A stretch of DNA of 64,000 nucleotides, from assembly GCF_003991155.1 (NCBI RefSeq), contig NZ_CP031294.1. One strand, given 5' to 3'. The DNA comes from Escherichia coli (GTDB taxonomy: Bacteria; Pseudomonadota; Gammaproteobacteria; Enterobacterales; Enterobacteriaceae). The translations under genes were made by a program, and so were the position numbers. Shown here in pieces: positions 1-9,553 of the stretch (the first letter of the stretch is position 1; the number at the start of each line of letters is the position of its first letter). A model generated the notes under the pieces. It was not told where the DNA came from. It did no database searches and was given only the letters and a program-made list of their open reading frames with translations.

Positions 1-1198
1 AAAGATTGTCGTTAATTACACATTTTATCTTAGAAATAAACTCAGATTCATTGTCCTTGAATGAGTCACTAAAAATATCCCAAACATTGTTAACCTCACA
101 TAAAGCCTTGTGTTCTTTATATTGTTTATTTTTTTCTTCTATTATACCTCGAATATTGCTTTCAGTAGAAAGATAACCATTCTTGAGATAAAAATCTATG
201 TCATCATCGAAAGCAATTTCCGCTCGTTCATAAATAATATCAAGACTATTAATAAATGAATATACAGAATCATCCTTTTTATCATCTAACATGTAATCAA
301 ATACATGTATGTTTTTAATTGATTCTTTAAACAAGGCATAATCAACACCTGGAACACCAGAATAGTAAACCACTGAAAACAGAACCAATCTATTGATAAA
401 ACTTTCTCTAACCTTATCCTCTGCCAAGCTTAGCTCATTCCTAAGATTAACCAGAGATGTTTTTATTTTATTTAATATACGGATATTTTTAATGCCTAAG
501 TCATTTGCTAAGACTTTTAACAAAAGAAAATCAGAATCAGTTTCATAAAAAACTTTACGTAAGTTCTTCTCAGGCGTAGGATCGTATTTTATTTCGACAT
601 CAATTACTTTTTCTCTGTACTCTAAAAACTGTTTTTTTGCAGTTTCATCATGTAAATTATCTTCATTTAAAATTAGAACAACTTTGCAACCTTTTCTTCT
701 TGCTAATTCATCAATTACCCCCATAATTTCTTTAACTTCTAGCGAATTACCTTTTCTTTCAACATCATCAATACAAACCAAATAATTATTAACAAATTTA
801 TACTCAAGAGATGACAGCAGGTTATCTGTTTTGAACCCAAAAAAATCGTTCTTTCCGAAATGTATTAAAAATTTTGACAAGGAGTTGTATTTCAACCATC
901 CCCAAAACCCATTTCTATAACGAATCATAGTTCGATCCGTTTCAGATAAAATTAGTTCTTTATATTTCTTTTCATTAATTGGTGTGGCACAATGATAAAG
1001 AGTTTTTTTAATATCACCAATAGAGTTAACCCCAAACAAAGAAACATACGAATATGCATTAAAATCTAATCCTTCAGAATGCTTAGTATAAAAACTATTC
1101 CAATAATGAGTTTTACCAACGCCCCAATCTCCTTTTATGACGGCAACCCGATGATCTGAAACTAGAAAATTTTTTAGAAATGATTCTATCGATTCCAT
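1..1198 (-). CDS. KAP-family-like P-loop NTPase, partial (3' end runs off the window start)
   Basis: Manual minus-strand translation from ATG at 1198: MESIESFLKNFLVSDHRVAVIKGDWGVGKTHYWNSFYTKHSEG...; GxWGxGKT Walker A as in KAP NTPases; no complete ORF in the track for 1-1200, consistent with a frame open to the edge; very AT-rich. Confidence 0.55.
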   Translation of the reverse strand, partial: MESIESFLKNFLVSDHRVAVIKGDWGVGKTHYWNSFYTKHSEGLDFNAYSYVSLFGVNSIGDIKKTLYHCATPINEKKYKELILSETDRTMIRYRNGFWGWLKYNSLSKFLIHFGKNDFFGFKTDNLLSSLEYKFVNNYLVCIDDVERKGNSLEVKEIMGVIDELARRKGCKVVLILNEDNLHDETAKKQFLEYREKVIDVEIKYDPTPEKNLRKVFYETDSDFLLLKVLANDLGIKNIRILNKIKTSLVNLRNELSLAEDKVRESFINRLVLFSVVYYSGVPGVDYALFKESIKNIHVFDYMLDDKKDDSVYSFINSLDIIYERAEIAFDDDIDFYLKNGYLSTESNIRGIIEEKNKQYKEHKALCEVNNVWDIFSDSFKDNESEFISKIKCVINDNL

Positions 1199-1220
1199 TA
1201 GTATCAATCCTTTAATTCAT

Positions 1221-1247
1221 ATATTGGGCGTAACAAACGCCCAATAT
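1221..1247. promoter_or_regulatory. 10-bp-stem inverted repeat (atattgggcg-N7-cgcccaatat) between the KAP-like gene start and the downstream end of the partition operon
   Basis: Perfect inverted repeat read directly; no U-tract on the minus strand, so terminator versus operator is unresolved. Confidence 0.35.
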
Positions 1248-1249
1248 AA

Positions 1250-1609
1250 TCAACCTTTCTTCATCAACTCTCGTTTAATTTCATCGGTACGCATCGTAAC
1301 GTCGGCAGCTGTGATCGCCTCGTTAAGCTTCACGATGTCCTCGATTTCCTGCGGTGACTTCTCTGCCAGATGGAAAATGGCTGCTCGAATCACGTCAGAA
1401 CGAGTGAACTTCTCGAAGCGAGGGATGAACTTCATCATCTCCAGCAGTTCGAAGTATTCGTCTTCCAGTGACATTGTGCGGCTTTTAATTTTCTCTTTGC
1501 CACGAGTCGGGCGTCCCTGTGGTCTGACTGGTTGGCGCAAAGGAGTTGTGTTCTTAGCCGGTGCATCAGGCTCTTTGCGCTTTGCTAGGTCACCCATTTT
1601 CATGGACAT
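1250..1609 (-). CDS. small basic protein downstream of parA; candidate centromere-binding partner (ParG/ParB-like), function not verified
   Basis: 119 aa ORF immediately after and translationally coupled to the ParA-type ATPase; basic N-terminus; position typical of type Ib partition operons. Confidence 0.4.
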   Translation of the reverse strand: MSMKMGDLAKRKEPDAPAKNTTPLRQPVRPQGRPTRGKEKIKSRTMSLEDEYFELLEMMKFIPRFEKFTRSDVIRAAIFHLAEKSPQEIEDIVKLNEAITAADVTMRTDEIKRELMKKG

Positions 1610-2277
1610 TATTCTTCTTCCTCCAGACTCAACAGATAATCTACAAATTCTTCAAACTCGGCTTCCGCCTTTTTGTCGCGCTCGTTACCGGTCATTTCAA
1701 AGATAGAACGACCAGACTCTTCCGCATCATCATAGACGTTGCGGTTATATAGATTGACTGGCGCAGACTCGATGCCAAACGTCTCAACAATCTCTTTAGC
1801 CGCCAGAATGCGAGACACTTGTGATGGCAAAGCCGGGCACTGGTTCATGACCGCGCGGACCTTCACTTTATCGTTTACATTACGAACATTGTCGATAATA
1901 GGATCAATGTCACGTAAAGATTTCAAATCACGACGCTTAGGACGCAGCGGGATAATGATAACGTCAGCCATCAGCATCGCTTGTCGCTGAATTTCGGAGT
2001 CGAAGCCACCAGCATCTACCACTACAAACTCAGCTCTACCCTGAAGCGATTTTAGGTGCTTAATGATGTCATCCTGAACGTATGCAAAAGGAATCAGCTC
2101 AAGGTCTTCGTTCTGTCGACGGTCTTCACACCAGCTCGTTGTCGTGCGCTGAATATCTATATCGGTAATATAAACCTTCTTCTTCTTTTTGACTTTCAGG
2201 CAAACGGCAATTTGCTGGGCAACGGTGGATTTGCCAGGCCCGCCCTTTGTGCCGCCAACCACAAAGATCTTGGTCAT
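1609..2277 (-). CDS. parA: ParA/Soj-family partition ATPase
   Basis: Deviant Walker A GGTKGGPGKST near N-terminus, ~220 aa, typical small ParA architecture. Confidence 0.8.
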   Translation of the reverse strand: MTKIFVVGGTKGGPGKSTVAQQIAVCLKVKKKKKVYITDIDIQRTTTSWCEDRRQNEDLELIPFAYVQDDIIKHLKSLQGRAEFVVVDAGGFDSEIQRQAMLMADVIIIPLRPKRRDLKSLRDIDPIIDNVRNVNDKVKVRAVMNQCPALPSQVSRILAAKEIVETFGIESAPVNLYNRNVYDDAEESGRSIFEMTGNERDKKAEAEFEEFVDYLLSLEEEE

Positions 2278-2453
2278 TGGAGAGTTCCCTTTGCGTATAT
2301 AATTATCGTCTGAAACAACTTGTTTTCTTATATGTGATATAGCCTAAATGCCTACGGCTGTGGTGTAAAGGTTAAATGGTAGGTGCTGCCTTAGAATTTT
2401 TAGGCGAGAATTAATGGCTGTTAACAAAAAAGGCGACCAAAGTCGCCTGATTT

Positions 2454-3206
2454 TTAATCTTTTAGGTATAAACCTACTGGAGTTCTTGTTTTGCGGGAGA
2501 TGATAAGTACGATAAATTTCTGAACGTTAACTTGCACTTTGTTTGGGAGCCAAGAGCTTAACTCTGCATCAAGCAACAATCCTCTGTTCCACGGCAAAAA
2601 TCCGGTTTCTTTCCCCATCCCGTACTCACCTAACACATCTTCGAACGTTTCTGTTTTGGCATTGTATATACGCACATCGCCGGTTCGCATGAGAGGCCCT
2701 GCCCAGATCTTAGCACCAGGAATGGTTTGTGTATCGTCGCAGACTAAATGCTCATACCAATGAAGAAGAAAGAGATAGGTACGGTGACACAATCCTCGCT
2801 GACGACGCTCTCTGACAGTTTCGACACCAGCTACCTGGTAACATTCGATCTCATTACCGTCTTCAACAAAACTATATTCACGCAGAGCTATCCTACCAGC
2901 GATCGTATTTTTGTTTTCGTCCAGAAGCCCGGACTGGAGCACCTCTTTGATAATCTCTTCTTCAGGGGCATCTTCATCCGCTCGATCTAAGATGAATTCG
3001 CTCAGGTCGCCTTGGTCGCGCGCACCTACACGTTCCATAGAGACATACAGGCAAATGTCATCTTCTGGTTCAATGATTTCAATTTCTGAGATTTTATAGA
3101 GGTAGGCTTCATTGATAAGAAAGCCAAAACGAACAACACGAGTCTCCCCTTTATGAGGAAACTCGCTTAGATCTTTTGAATATGCGCTATCTAGTGTAGG
3201 AGCCAT
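2454..3206 (-). CDS. hypothetical protein
   Basis: 250 aa ORF, no recognised motif. Confidence 0.45.
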   Translation of the reverse strand: MAPTLDSAYSKDLSEFPHKGETRVVRFGFLINEAYLYKISEIEIIEPEDDICLYVSMERVGARDQGDLSEFILDRADEDAPEEEIIKEVLQSGLLDENKNTIAGRIALREYSFVEDGNEIECYQVAGVETVRERRQRGLCHRTYLFLLHWYEHLVCDDTQTIPGAKIWAGPLMRTGDVRIYNAKTETFEDVLGEYGMGKETGFLPWNRGLLLDAELSSWLPNKVQVNVQKFIVLIISRKTRTPVGLYLKD

Positions 3207-3574
3207 TTTGTAGCAGAATCATCAGCCTTAACCGTGCTGACAATGCTACCATGATTGCGTAAGAAGCGGCGAATAGAATGTTCAATAACCTCCGAAAAAG
3301 CCTCGATAAAACGAGACAGCTCAGGGTACTGTTTAGCTGGCTTGACTACAAAACGAACACGACCATTCAGGTAAATTGCTTCAGCTAATGGCTTCACGCT
3401 TGCACCAGCGCGCTCAACATCGTCTTTGAAGGTAACGATGAAGCGTGAGTCTTCCGGTTCAATAGCGTCATTATTGAGCTTACGTACTTCAAGCTTGTGC
3501 TGATTCAGCACATGAGTCTCGATAATACTCGTGCAATCGCGAATAGTTTGTATAGAACGTTTCTCGTTCAGCAT
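3191..3574 (-). CDS. hypothetical protein
   Basis: 127 aa ORF overlapping the downstream gene by 16 nt. Confidence 0.45.
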   Translation of the reverse strand: MLNEKRSIQTIRDCTSIIETHVLNQHKLEVRKLNNDAIEPEDSRFIVTFKDDVERAGASVKPLAEAIYLNGRVRFVVKPAKQYPELSRFIEAFSEVIEHSIRRFLRNHGSIVSTVKADDSATKWLLH

Positions 3575-3798
3575 GTGTCCACCTTAGCCGTTAACACAAG
3601 TGTCATTGCGGCACCCCTCTCGGGGTTGAAGGCTACGAGGATGCGTAGCCTGTATGTGCCCACTTACGTGGATGCCTAATAAATCTACATCAAATTACTA
3701 AATGATTCAACATGAGCTTGAGTGAACAGGCGTGTATATGAGTGAAGATGCCATCTTTAGGATAAAAGGTAAACTGAGACCACTCATCAATCATCGCC

Positions 3799-4131
3799 TC
3801 AGTTCAGGTGCCCCCACTCACACAGCCTTTCACCTATCGTATTGTGGATAAGCAACTGTCGCTCCGTTTCCTCAGTCATAAAATCCTCTCTACTCACATA
3901 GATAGGATTTGCAGCATCGCAGAATAGCACGCCTGGAGCCTGCGTCTTAATCACGCACCCATTTATCAAGCAGCTCGCGATGAACACCAGAGGCATCTTT
4001 TTGCCGCACTTCATTAACCGTTTCATTTTTGACATCCACTGTGCTTTGAAGTCGTTTTCTGTCTTCCTGTTTTGCCTTCTCTTCCATTGCTCGTCGCGCC
4101 GCATTTCCGCCCATCGTGTAAGCGCCGACAA
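3799..4131 (-). CDS. candidate o-spanin-like lipoprotein (true start probably internal, near 4026)
   Basis: ORF in alternate frame overlapping the 3' end of the preceding TM protein gene; internal MKRLMKCGKKMPLVFIASC resembles a lipoprotein signal with lipobox. Confidence 0.3.
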   Translation of the reverse strand: MSALTRWAEMRRDEQWKRRQNRKTENDFKAQWMSKMKRLMKCGKKMPLVFIASCLINGCVIKTQAPGVLFCDAANPIYVSREDFMTEETERQLLIHNTIGERLCEWGHLN

Positions 4132-4198
4132 GAACGAAAAGAACGGCAGCCAGCGTAATCAAAGCAACTTTTAGCTTTGTCATCAGGCTGCCTAGCAT
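3947..4198 (-). CDS. candidate i-spanin-like protein (N-terminal TM helix, charged C-terminal part)
   Basis: 83 aa; hydrophobic N-terminus LKVALITLAAVLFVLVGAY followed by charged region; directly downstream of putative endolysin. Confidence 0.35.
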   Translation of the reverse strand: MLGSLMTKLKVALITLAAVLFVLVGAYTMGGNAARRAMEEKAKQEDRKRLQSTVDVKNETVNEVRQKDASGVHRELLDKWVRD

Positions 4199-4199
4199 A

Positions 4200-4919
4200 T
4201 TAGACCATCCCTTTCTGGTGTCTTCTTACCTGCGACCAGGCGATAAATCCAGCCACAACAATAGTGGCAATACCGAAGATGATGCGTACTGTATCCCCGC
4301 TAGAGATATGACCTTGTGCTTTATCCATAGCAGCGGAAACCTGCGGCATAACATCGGCCAGCTGCGCCAGACCAATACCTGCTGTAACAGTTGCGCCAGC
4401 GGTTTCTTTAGTTACAGGAACAGCCTTCACGGTTTTCACCGGCTTAACGACGCCAGCTCGACGCAGACCTTCCTCAATAACTTCTGCCGCATACCAGGTG
4501 TTCAGCGTTTTTAGTGGACCTCGACCATTCTCGTGGCGAATGATTGCCTCAACCAAAGGTCGAAGGATGTCGTAATCATGCAGATCGATGATCATGTCTG
4601 CGGTTACACCAACGGCTTTAGACACCTCATTAATGTAGGCGTCAGTGTTGTTTTCATTCGGCGGTGCCCAACGTTCAATAACTTCACGAATGGTATCGAT
4701 ACTTGAGCCGTCTTTTGCGCGACGTTTGTCGTGGTAGGTAATTAGAGTCACCGCCAGCGCACGAATCCCCCAAACAGGGTCTTTAAACGTGCAAAAGCGC
4801 GGTTCGTCTGGATTCGCAACCAGACCTTGCCACGGTGATCCTTTATCAAGATTACCGGGGTTATTATTACGAATGCCTCTCGGAGTCTTCATCCTTGATC
4901 TCCTGTTATTGCAGTCCAC
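4200..4919 (-). CDS. putative phage peptidoglycan hydrolase / lysis protein with C-terminal hydrophobic anchor
   Basis: 239 aa; GIRNNNPGNL N-terminal motif; C-terminal TM-like IIFGIATIVVAGFIAW; position between holin-like and spanin-like genes. Confidence 0.4.
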   Translation of the reverse strand: MDCNNRRSRMKTPRGIRNNNPGNLDKGSPWQGLVANPDEPRFCTFKDPVWGIRALAVTLITYHDKRRAKDGSSIDTIREVIERWAPPNENNTDAYINEVSKAVGVTADMIIDLHDYDILRPLVEAIIRHENGRGPLKTLNTWYAAEVIEEGLRRAGVVKPVKTVKAVPVTKETAGATVTAGIGLAQLADVMPQVSAAMDKAQGHISSGDTVRIIFGIATIVVAGFIAWSQVRRHQKGMV

Positions 4920-5241
4920 TTTTTACGCCATACGCGGCTAACCCCAAAAGCAGTGCGGTAATAATGAACGACGTTATTTTAGAAACAATGCCGCCAAAGA
5001 ACCCACTTGAGATGGAATCTAACCGGTTAAGGAGTTTGTCCAGATTGGAGTGTTGAATACTATGTTGCGCCGGGGTCATATCACCAAAGTAGGTTTTCAG
5101 CTGATCATTGACCTCCTGGCCAATTTCTTCACGTAGCTCTTTACCTAATTTGCCAACAACCTCCCGAGCAACGATCGCGGCAATACGCTCAACTTGCTCT
5201 GTTGTAACGCCCGCCATCTCGTTCGACATGTTTTCCTCCAT
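4906..5241 (-). CDS. small membrane-anchored protein, holin-like position
   Basis: 111 aa with C-terminal TM segment ITSFIITALLLGLAAYG; first gene of lysis cluster. Confidence 0.3.
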   Translation of the reverse strand: MEENMSNEMAGVTTEQVERIAAIVAREVVGKLGKELREEIGQEVNDQLKTYFGDMTPAQHSIQHSNLDKLLNRLDSISSGFFGGIVSKITSFIITALLLGLAAYGVKSGLQ

Positions 5242-5431
5242 GAAAAGTCAAATCGGGATGGCGGATTTATATCACACTTCTCCTTTCAATTATAGGTATA
5301 TACTTACCTACCTATGCATATACCGTTTAACGGCTGTTCAAATTCGTATCTAGTAACTCACTAATATATCCCTATGATTGCGGCTGTGAGATCGCATTTT
5401 AAACCTCACAGCCATATAAATAATGTCTAAA

Positions 5432-8400
5432 TCAGTTACTTGTTGCCCCAACAGTACCTGCAAATTTCAGCCATTGACCTGACGGACTTCTATTACTACG
5501 GTAATGATAAACGAGGATTGCGTTTGTAACTCCACCGTAGTCAGCTTTATGTGACGTTGTTAAACGAATTGTATAATCACCGTTAGGTAGATTAAAAACT
5601 TCGATTATAGATTCTGCTAATTCTACAGCACCAAATCCCGTTATATTGTTGATACTGCCAGCATTGAATCCCATAGCATCGCCAAAGCCAATCCAATAAC
5701 TTTTGCTAAACGCCCCATTTGATTTTAGGTGGCTAATGAATGTGGACAAACTCATGCCCATATCCCCACCTGAAACAGAGGAAGTTCGCACAGTCATACT
5801 TGGAAGAGCACTGCTCTTCACATAGGAACTTAGAAGGTTTGTTACCTCTGTTTTCGTATAGGCATTAAGGTTAGCCGCAGTCAAAGTAATATCGGCAGAG
5901 CCATCAAACGCCACACCAGCAATTTTCCTTGCTGTCTGCAATTTTGTGGCAGTGGCAGCATTACCAGTAGTGTTCTGATTACCGGTTGTATTCACACCAG
6001 GTATTGAATCCTTAGCGGTATATACCTGCGCCCACGCAGACCATGCCGCATCAGTGGTATCTCTTCGGGAGCGAATGAAAACCGGCGCATGTGCACCGCT
6101 CGTACCACTCCAGCCAATAAGCAACTCGCCCTCACCAGCAGCACTCGCACCTTTCATGTGCAATACGTTGCCATACGTGGTCGGGTAGCTATTGCTGTAC
6201 GCCTCGTACATTTGAATGCCAGCAGTACCTTGAGCAGAACCGCTTAACGCCGTAACTCGGCCACGAGATACCAATGTATTAATGTTGATATCGCCTGAGC
6301 CATCAAACTTAACACCATTGATGTTTCTCGCTGTTTGCAACTTCGTAGCTGTTGAAGCATTACCGTTCAAACTACCATTTACGCCACCAGTCACATTTAG
6401 TCCATTACCAATTGATACAGCACCGCTGGTATTATTAATTGTAATAGGTCGCAAACCGTTCCATGAACCTAATGTGTCTCCTGATGCTGTTAGCATGAAA
6501 TATGTGTTCGATCCATCATTACGGATAAAGAACCCAAAGCTACCGTAAGCAATGCGGAAACCATTTGCATATTTTGAAATGATCTCGCCAGAAGATGTCA
6601 AACCTCCAGATAATGTACCACCGGTAAGAGGTAATGCACCGACATCAGAGGCTGTTGGTTTGTTTTTCGTGTTATATACTCTTCGCCATCCTGGAGAATA
6701 ATCTGTGCCATTAAATACATAGATAAACTCCGCATTAGTGAGAGCACCAGAGACACTCGTCGTTGTGGCCGTTGTTATACGGATCGTATAATTGTTTGAG
6801 CTACTACCGTTATTAAATACCTCTATAACAGCTCCTGCCAATGGAATAACGCCACAACCAGTTTCACTATTTGGTATGGTTGCACTATTGGCATAGGCCC
6901 ACGCACATCGAGCAATCCATGACTTTGTGTTAAATGCTCCATTATTTTGCAATAACGTCACTAACTGTGCTGTTGTTATTGCTCCGCCATTACTTCCTGT
7001 AGTTAACCAACCAGTAGGAGATGCCGGGCAACCTATATTTGCTGGCGACAAGGAAATATTTGCCGAGCCGTCAAACGACACCCCATTAATAGTACGCGCA
7101 GTCTGCAACTTCGTAGCAGTAGCCGCGTTGCCCGTTGTATTCTGATTACCAGTCGTATTAACACCTGGCAAATTAATATTCGCAGTACCATCAAAGCTCA
7201 CGCCGCCGATAGTTCTTGCCGTCTGAAGTTTTGTAGCAGTTGCAGCATTACCAGTGGTGTTCTGATTACCCGTAGTATTTACACCTGGAAGGTTGATATT
7301 TGCAGAACCGTCGAAACCAACTCCACCGATAGATCTTGCCGTCTGCAATTTCGTGGCTGTACTTGCATTACCATTCAATGAACCAGTTAATCCACCTGTA
7401 ACAGACAACGGACCTGAAACTGTTCCTCCGGTTGTTGGCAGTGCTCCAATATCTGATGGTGTAGGTTTCTGATGTGAGCTATACATCGTATAAACAACAC
7501 CATCGGTAACGCTGGAAGGCTTACTCGCTGAATATGTTGGCGAGGTATAAATAGAAACTGTCGCATTTGCAGTACAATCCCAATGGATATTTACACGAGT
7601 CGCATAATTGCCAATCTCAACGTAAATATCATATGTATCGCCGGATGTGTTGATCCAGGCGAAATTCGTTAATCCGACAGCTGTACGCTTCCACAAAGCA
7701 CCTGTAATCCCTTTGGGGTTTCCATTGCCTGCTCGTAGAACCAGTTCTGAAATGCCTGCCTGATGTGGGGAGCCGACGTTGTAACCAGCGCCACCAATCA
7801 ATGCGATGTAAACGATGGAACTCGCTTGTGGCATGGTAACCGTAGCCAGTTTGAACCACCCTGCCCCGCCAGAGAAAGACATCGTTACTGAATTTAAAGT
7901 ACCAATATCTTTCGGCGTTAATGTGATATCCGCAGTCAGTGCTTTACCGTTAACTTTTCGGTTAGATGGCACCCTGCTATTCGCATTGTCATTGGCTGCT
8001 TTAACTGCTTTTGGCGTTGCGGCCAGCGATTCACTGGTGCTGTCGACAGCACTGCTAAGTTTCACAACACCTTTAGTTGTAAGGCTTGCGTCTTCCATCG
8101 CAACTGCACCGGCAATCTCTTCAGCACGATCAGCAGCAGCTTCCGCACGGGTCGCAGCGGATTCAGCAGCAGTTTTGCTCTGAGATGCTGCCGTCGCACT
8201 GCCTGCCGCCTCTGTTGCTTTCGTGGATGCCGTCGTGGCACTGCCCTTCGCTGCTGACGCCTGTCTGGTCGCCTCATCTTTTGAAGCAGACGCAGATGAT
8301 GCCGATGACGCCGCCGAACTGGCGGACGATGCGGCAGCCGTTTTTGAGGATTCTGCGCTGGTTTCCGACGCTTTCGCGTTCGTTTCGGATGTCTTCGCTG

Positions 8401-9460
8401 CGGAAGCAGACCTCGCTGCTGCGCTGGCCTGTTCAGTGGCTTCGCCAGCCTTCGTTGTGGCTGTTGAAGCAGACGATGCGGCACTTTCTGCCGATTTTCC
8501 GGCGGCGGTGGCACTGGCTGAGGCCTGCCCGGCACTTGTTGACGCGGCACTGGCAGACGACGCAGCCGCTGTTTTTGAGCCTGCCGCAGCTGAGGCACTC
8601 TGTGCTGCTGCCGTCTCAGAAGACTTAGCGTTCGTCTCGGACGTTTTTGCCGCCTTCGCGGAATTGCCTGCCGCTGTTGCCGAGGAGGCTGCACTACTGG
8701 CGCTCAAGGATGCGTTCGTTTCTGATGATTTCGCTGCCTCTTTTGAGGCCGCCGCATCCCGGACTGAGGTGGCAGCTTCTGACGCTTTCGTGGTCGCGGT
8801 GGATGCAGAAGTGGCTGCTGATTGTTGTGACGCTGCGGCATTCGTTTCAGATTTTTTCGCAGCAGTTGCACTCGCACTTGCGGCACTTTGTGAGGATGCC
8901 GCAGCGGATGCACTTTGAGACGCTTGAGAGGCTTTTTCTCCAGCGGTATTGGCGCTTTCTGCTGCTGCGGCAGCACTGGCCGCCGCCTCACGAGCTTTGT
9001 CGCCAGCAGCATCAATCGCGTCAGTGTTATTTTTATACCACTCAACGTTTTCGTTGTGCTCGTTGACGATCTGCATTAGCGGCTTAACGGTTACTTCTGT
9101 ACCGTCTTCACGCTCGATTGTCACCTCATCCAGAGCAGTCAACCAACTGCGCATAGACTTGGAATCAGCCGACATACGCGACATTAGTGCTGTAAAGCGC
9201 GCGCTAAACTGTGTTAAGTCGCCTTCATAGGTCGTAATGATTCGGCACGGAACCTCAGACTGAGTTTCGCCGGTATAAGGTTCTGAGAGAACAATATTCG
9301 TATCGCTTATTACGCGCTTGATCTCATACAGCTTATTGTCGGGGCCAATGACGATCATCCCCGGCAACACACCATTAGCTGTTACGTTCCAGGCTGTCCC
9401 TGCCCCAACCAGAGTATTGCTACCCTGTGTAAATGTGATAGTACCTTCCCTGTACCACAT
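5432..9460 (-). CDS. phage tail fibre protein (long, Ser/Ala-rich linker, repeated GNAATATKLQTAR fibre repeats)
   Basis: 1342 aa; low-complexity A/S/T region; three or more tandem ~50-aa repeats containing GNAATATKLQTAR typical of phage fibre proteins; located downstream of J-like gene. Confidence 0.85.
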   Translation of the reverse strand: MWYREGTITFTQGSNTLVGAGTAWNVTANGVLPGMIVIGPDNKLYEIKRVISDTNIVLSEPYTGETQSEVPCRIITTYEGDLTQFSARFTALMSRMSADSKSMRSWLTALDEVTIEREDGTEVTVKPLMQIVNEHNENVEWYKNNTDAIDAAGDKAREAAASAAAAAESANTAGEKASQASQSASAAASSQSAASASATAAKKSETNAAASQQSAATSASTATTKASEAATSVRDAAASKEAAKSSETNASLSASSAASSATAAGNSAKAAKTSETNAKSSETAAAQSASAAAGSKTAAASSASAASTSAGQASASATAAGKSAESAASSASTATTKAGEATEQASAAARSASAAKTSETNAKASETSAESSKTAAASSASSAASSASSASASKDEATRQASAAKGSATTASTKATEAAGSATAASQSKTAAESAATRAEAAADRAEEIAGAVAMEDASLTTKGVVKLSSAVDSTSESLAATPKAVKAANDNANSRVPSNRKVNGKALTADITLTPKDIGTLNSVTMSFSGGAGWFKLATVTMPQASSIVYIALIGGAGYNVGSPHQAGISELVLRAGNGNPKGITGALWKRTAVGLTNFAWINTSGDTYDIYVEIGNYATRVNIHWDCTANATVSIYTSPTYSASKPSSVTDGVVYTMYSSHQKPTPSDIGALPTTGGTVSGPLSVTGGLTGSLNGNASTATKLQTARSIGGVGFDGSANINLPGVNTTGNQNTTGNAATATKLQTARTIGGVSFDGTANINLPGVNTTGNQNTTGNAATATKLQTARTINGVSFDGSANISLSPANIGCPASPTGWLTTGSNGGAITTAQLVTLLQNNGAFNTKSWIARCAWAYANSATIPNSETGCGVIPLAGAVIEVFNNGSSSNNYTIRITTATTTSVSGALTNAEFIYVFNGTDYSPGWRRVYNTKNKPTASDVGALPLTGGTLSGGLTSSGEIISKYANGFRIAYGSFGFFIRNDGSNTYFMLTASGDTLGSWNGLRPITINNTSGAVSIGNGLNVTGGVNGSLNGNASTATKLQTARNINGVKFDGSGDININTLVSRGRVTALSGSAQGTAGIQMYEAYSNSYPTTYGNVLHMKGASAAGEGELLIGWSGTSGAHAPVFIRSRRDTTDAAWSAWAQVYTAKDSIPGVNTTGNQNTTGNAATATKLQTARKIAGVAFDGSADITLTAANLNAYTKTEVTNLLSSYVKSSALPSMTVRTSSVSGGDMGMSLSTFISHLKSNGAFSKSYWIGFGDAMGFNAGSINNITGFGAVELAESIIEVFNLPNGDYTIRLTTSHKADYGGVTNAILVYHYRSNRSPSGQWLKFAGTVGATSN

Positions 9461-9505
9461 GTTGAATATGCTCCTTGATTTGGCGGGTTATCCTTGCCCG
9501 CCATT

Positions 9506-9523
9506 AAGTAAATACTTACCTAT
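9506..9523. promoter_or_regulatory. family-1 motif TAAGTAAATACTTACCTA upstream of tail fibre gene, followed by a GC hairpin and SD
   Basis: Read directly. Confidence 0.5.
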
Positions 9524-9553
9524 TTTTACCGATATAAAATTTTTTTTCCACCA

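Noticed and set aside
8062-9066. Five overlapping ORFs on both strands (8062..8694, 8086..8628, 8223..8918, 8647..9066, 8704..9045) with Q/R/P-rich or A/D-rich translations
   Set aside because: They lie inside the Ser/Ala-rich low-complexity segment of the tail fibre gene; GC-rich repeats keep alternative frames open. Treated as frame artefacts.
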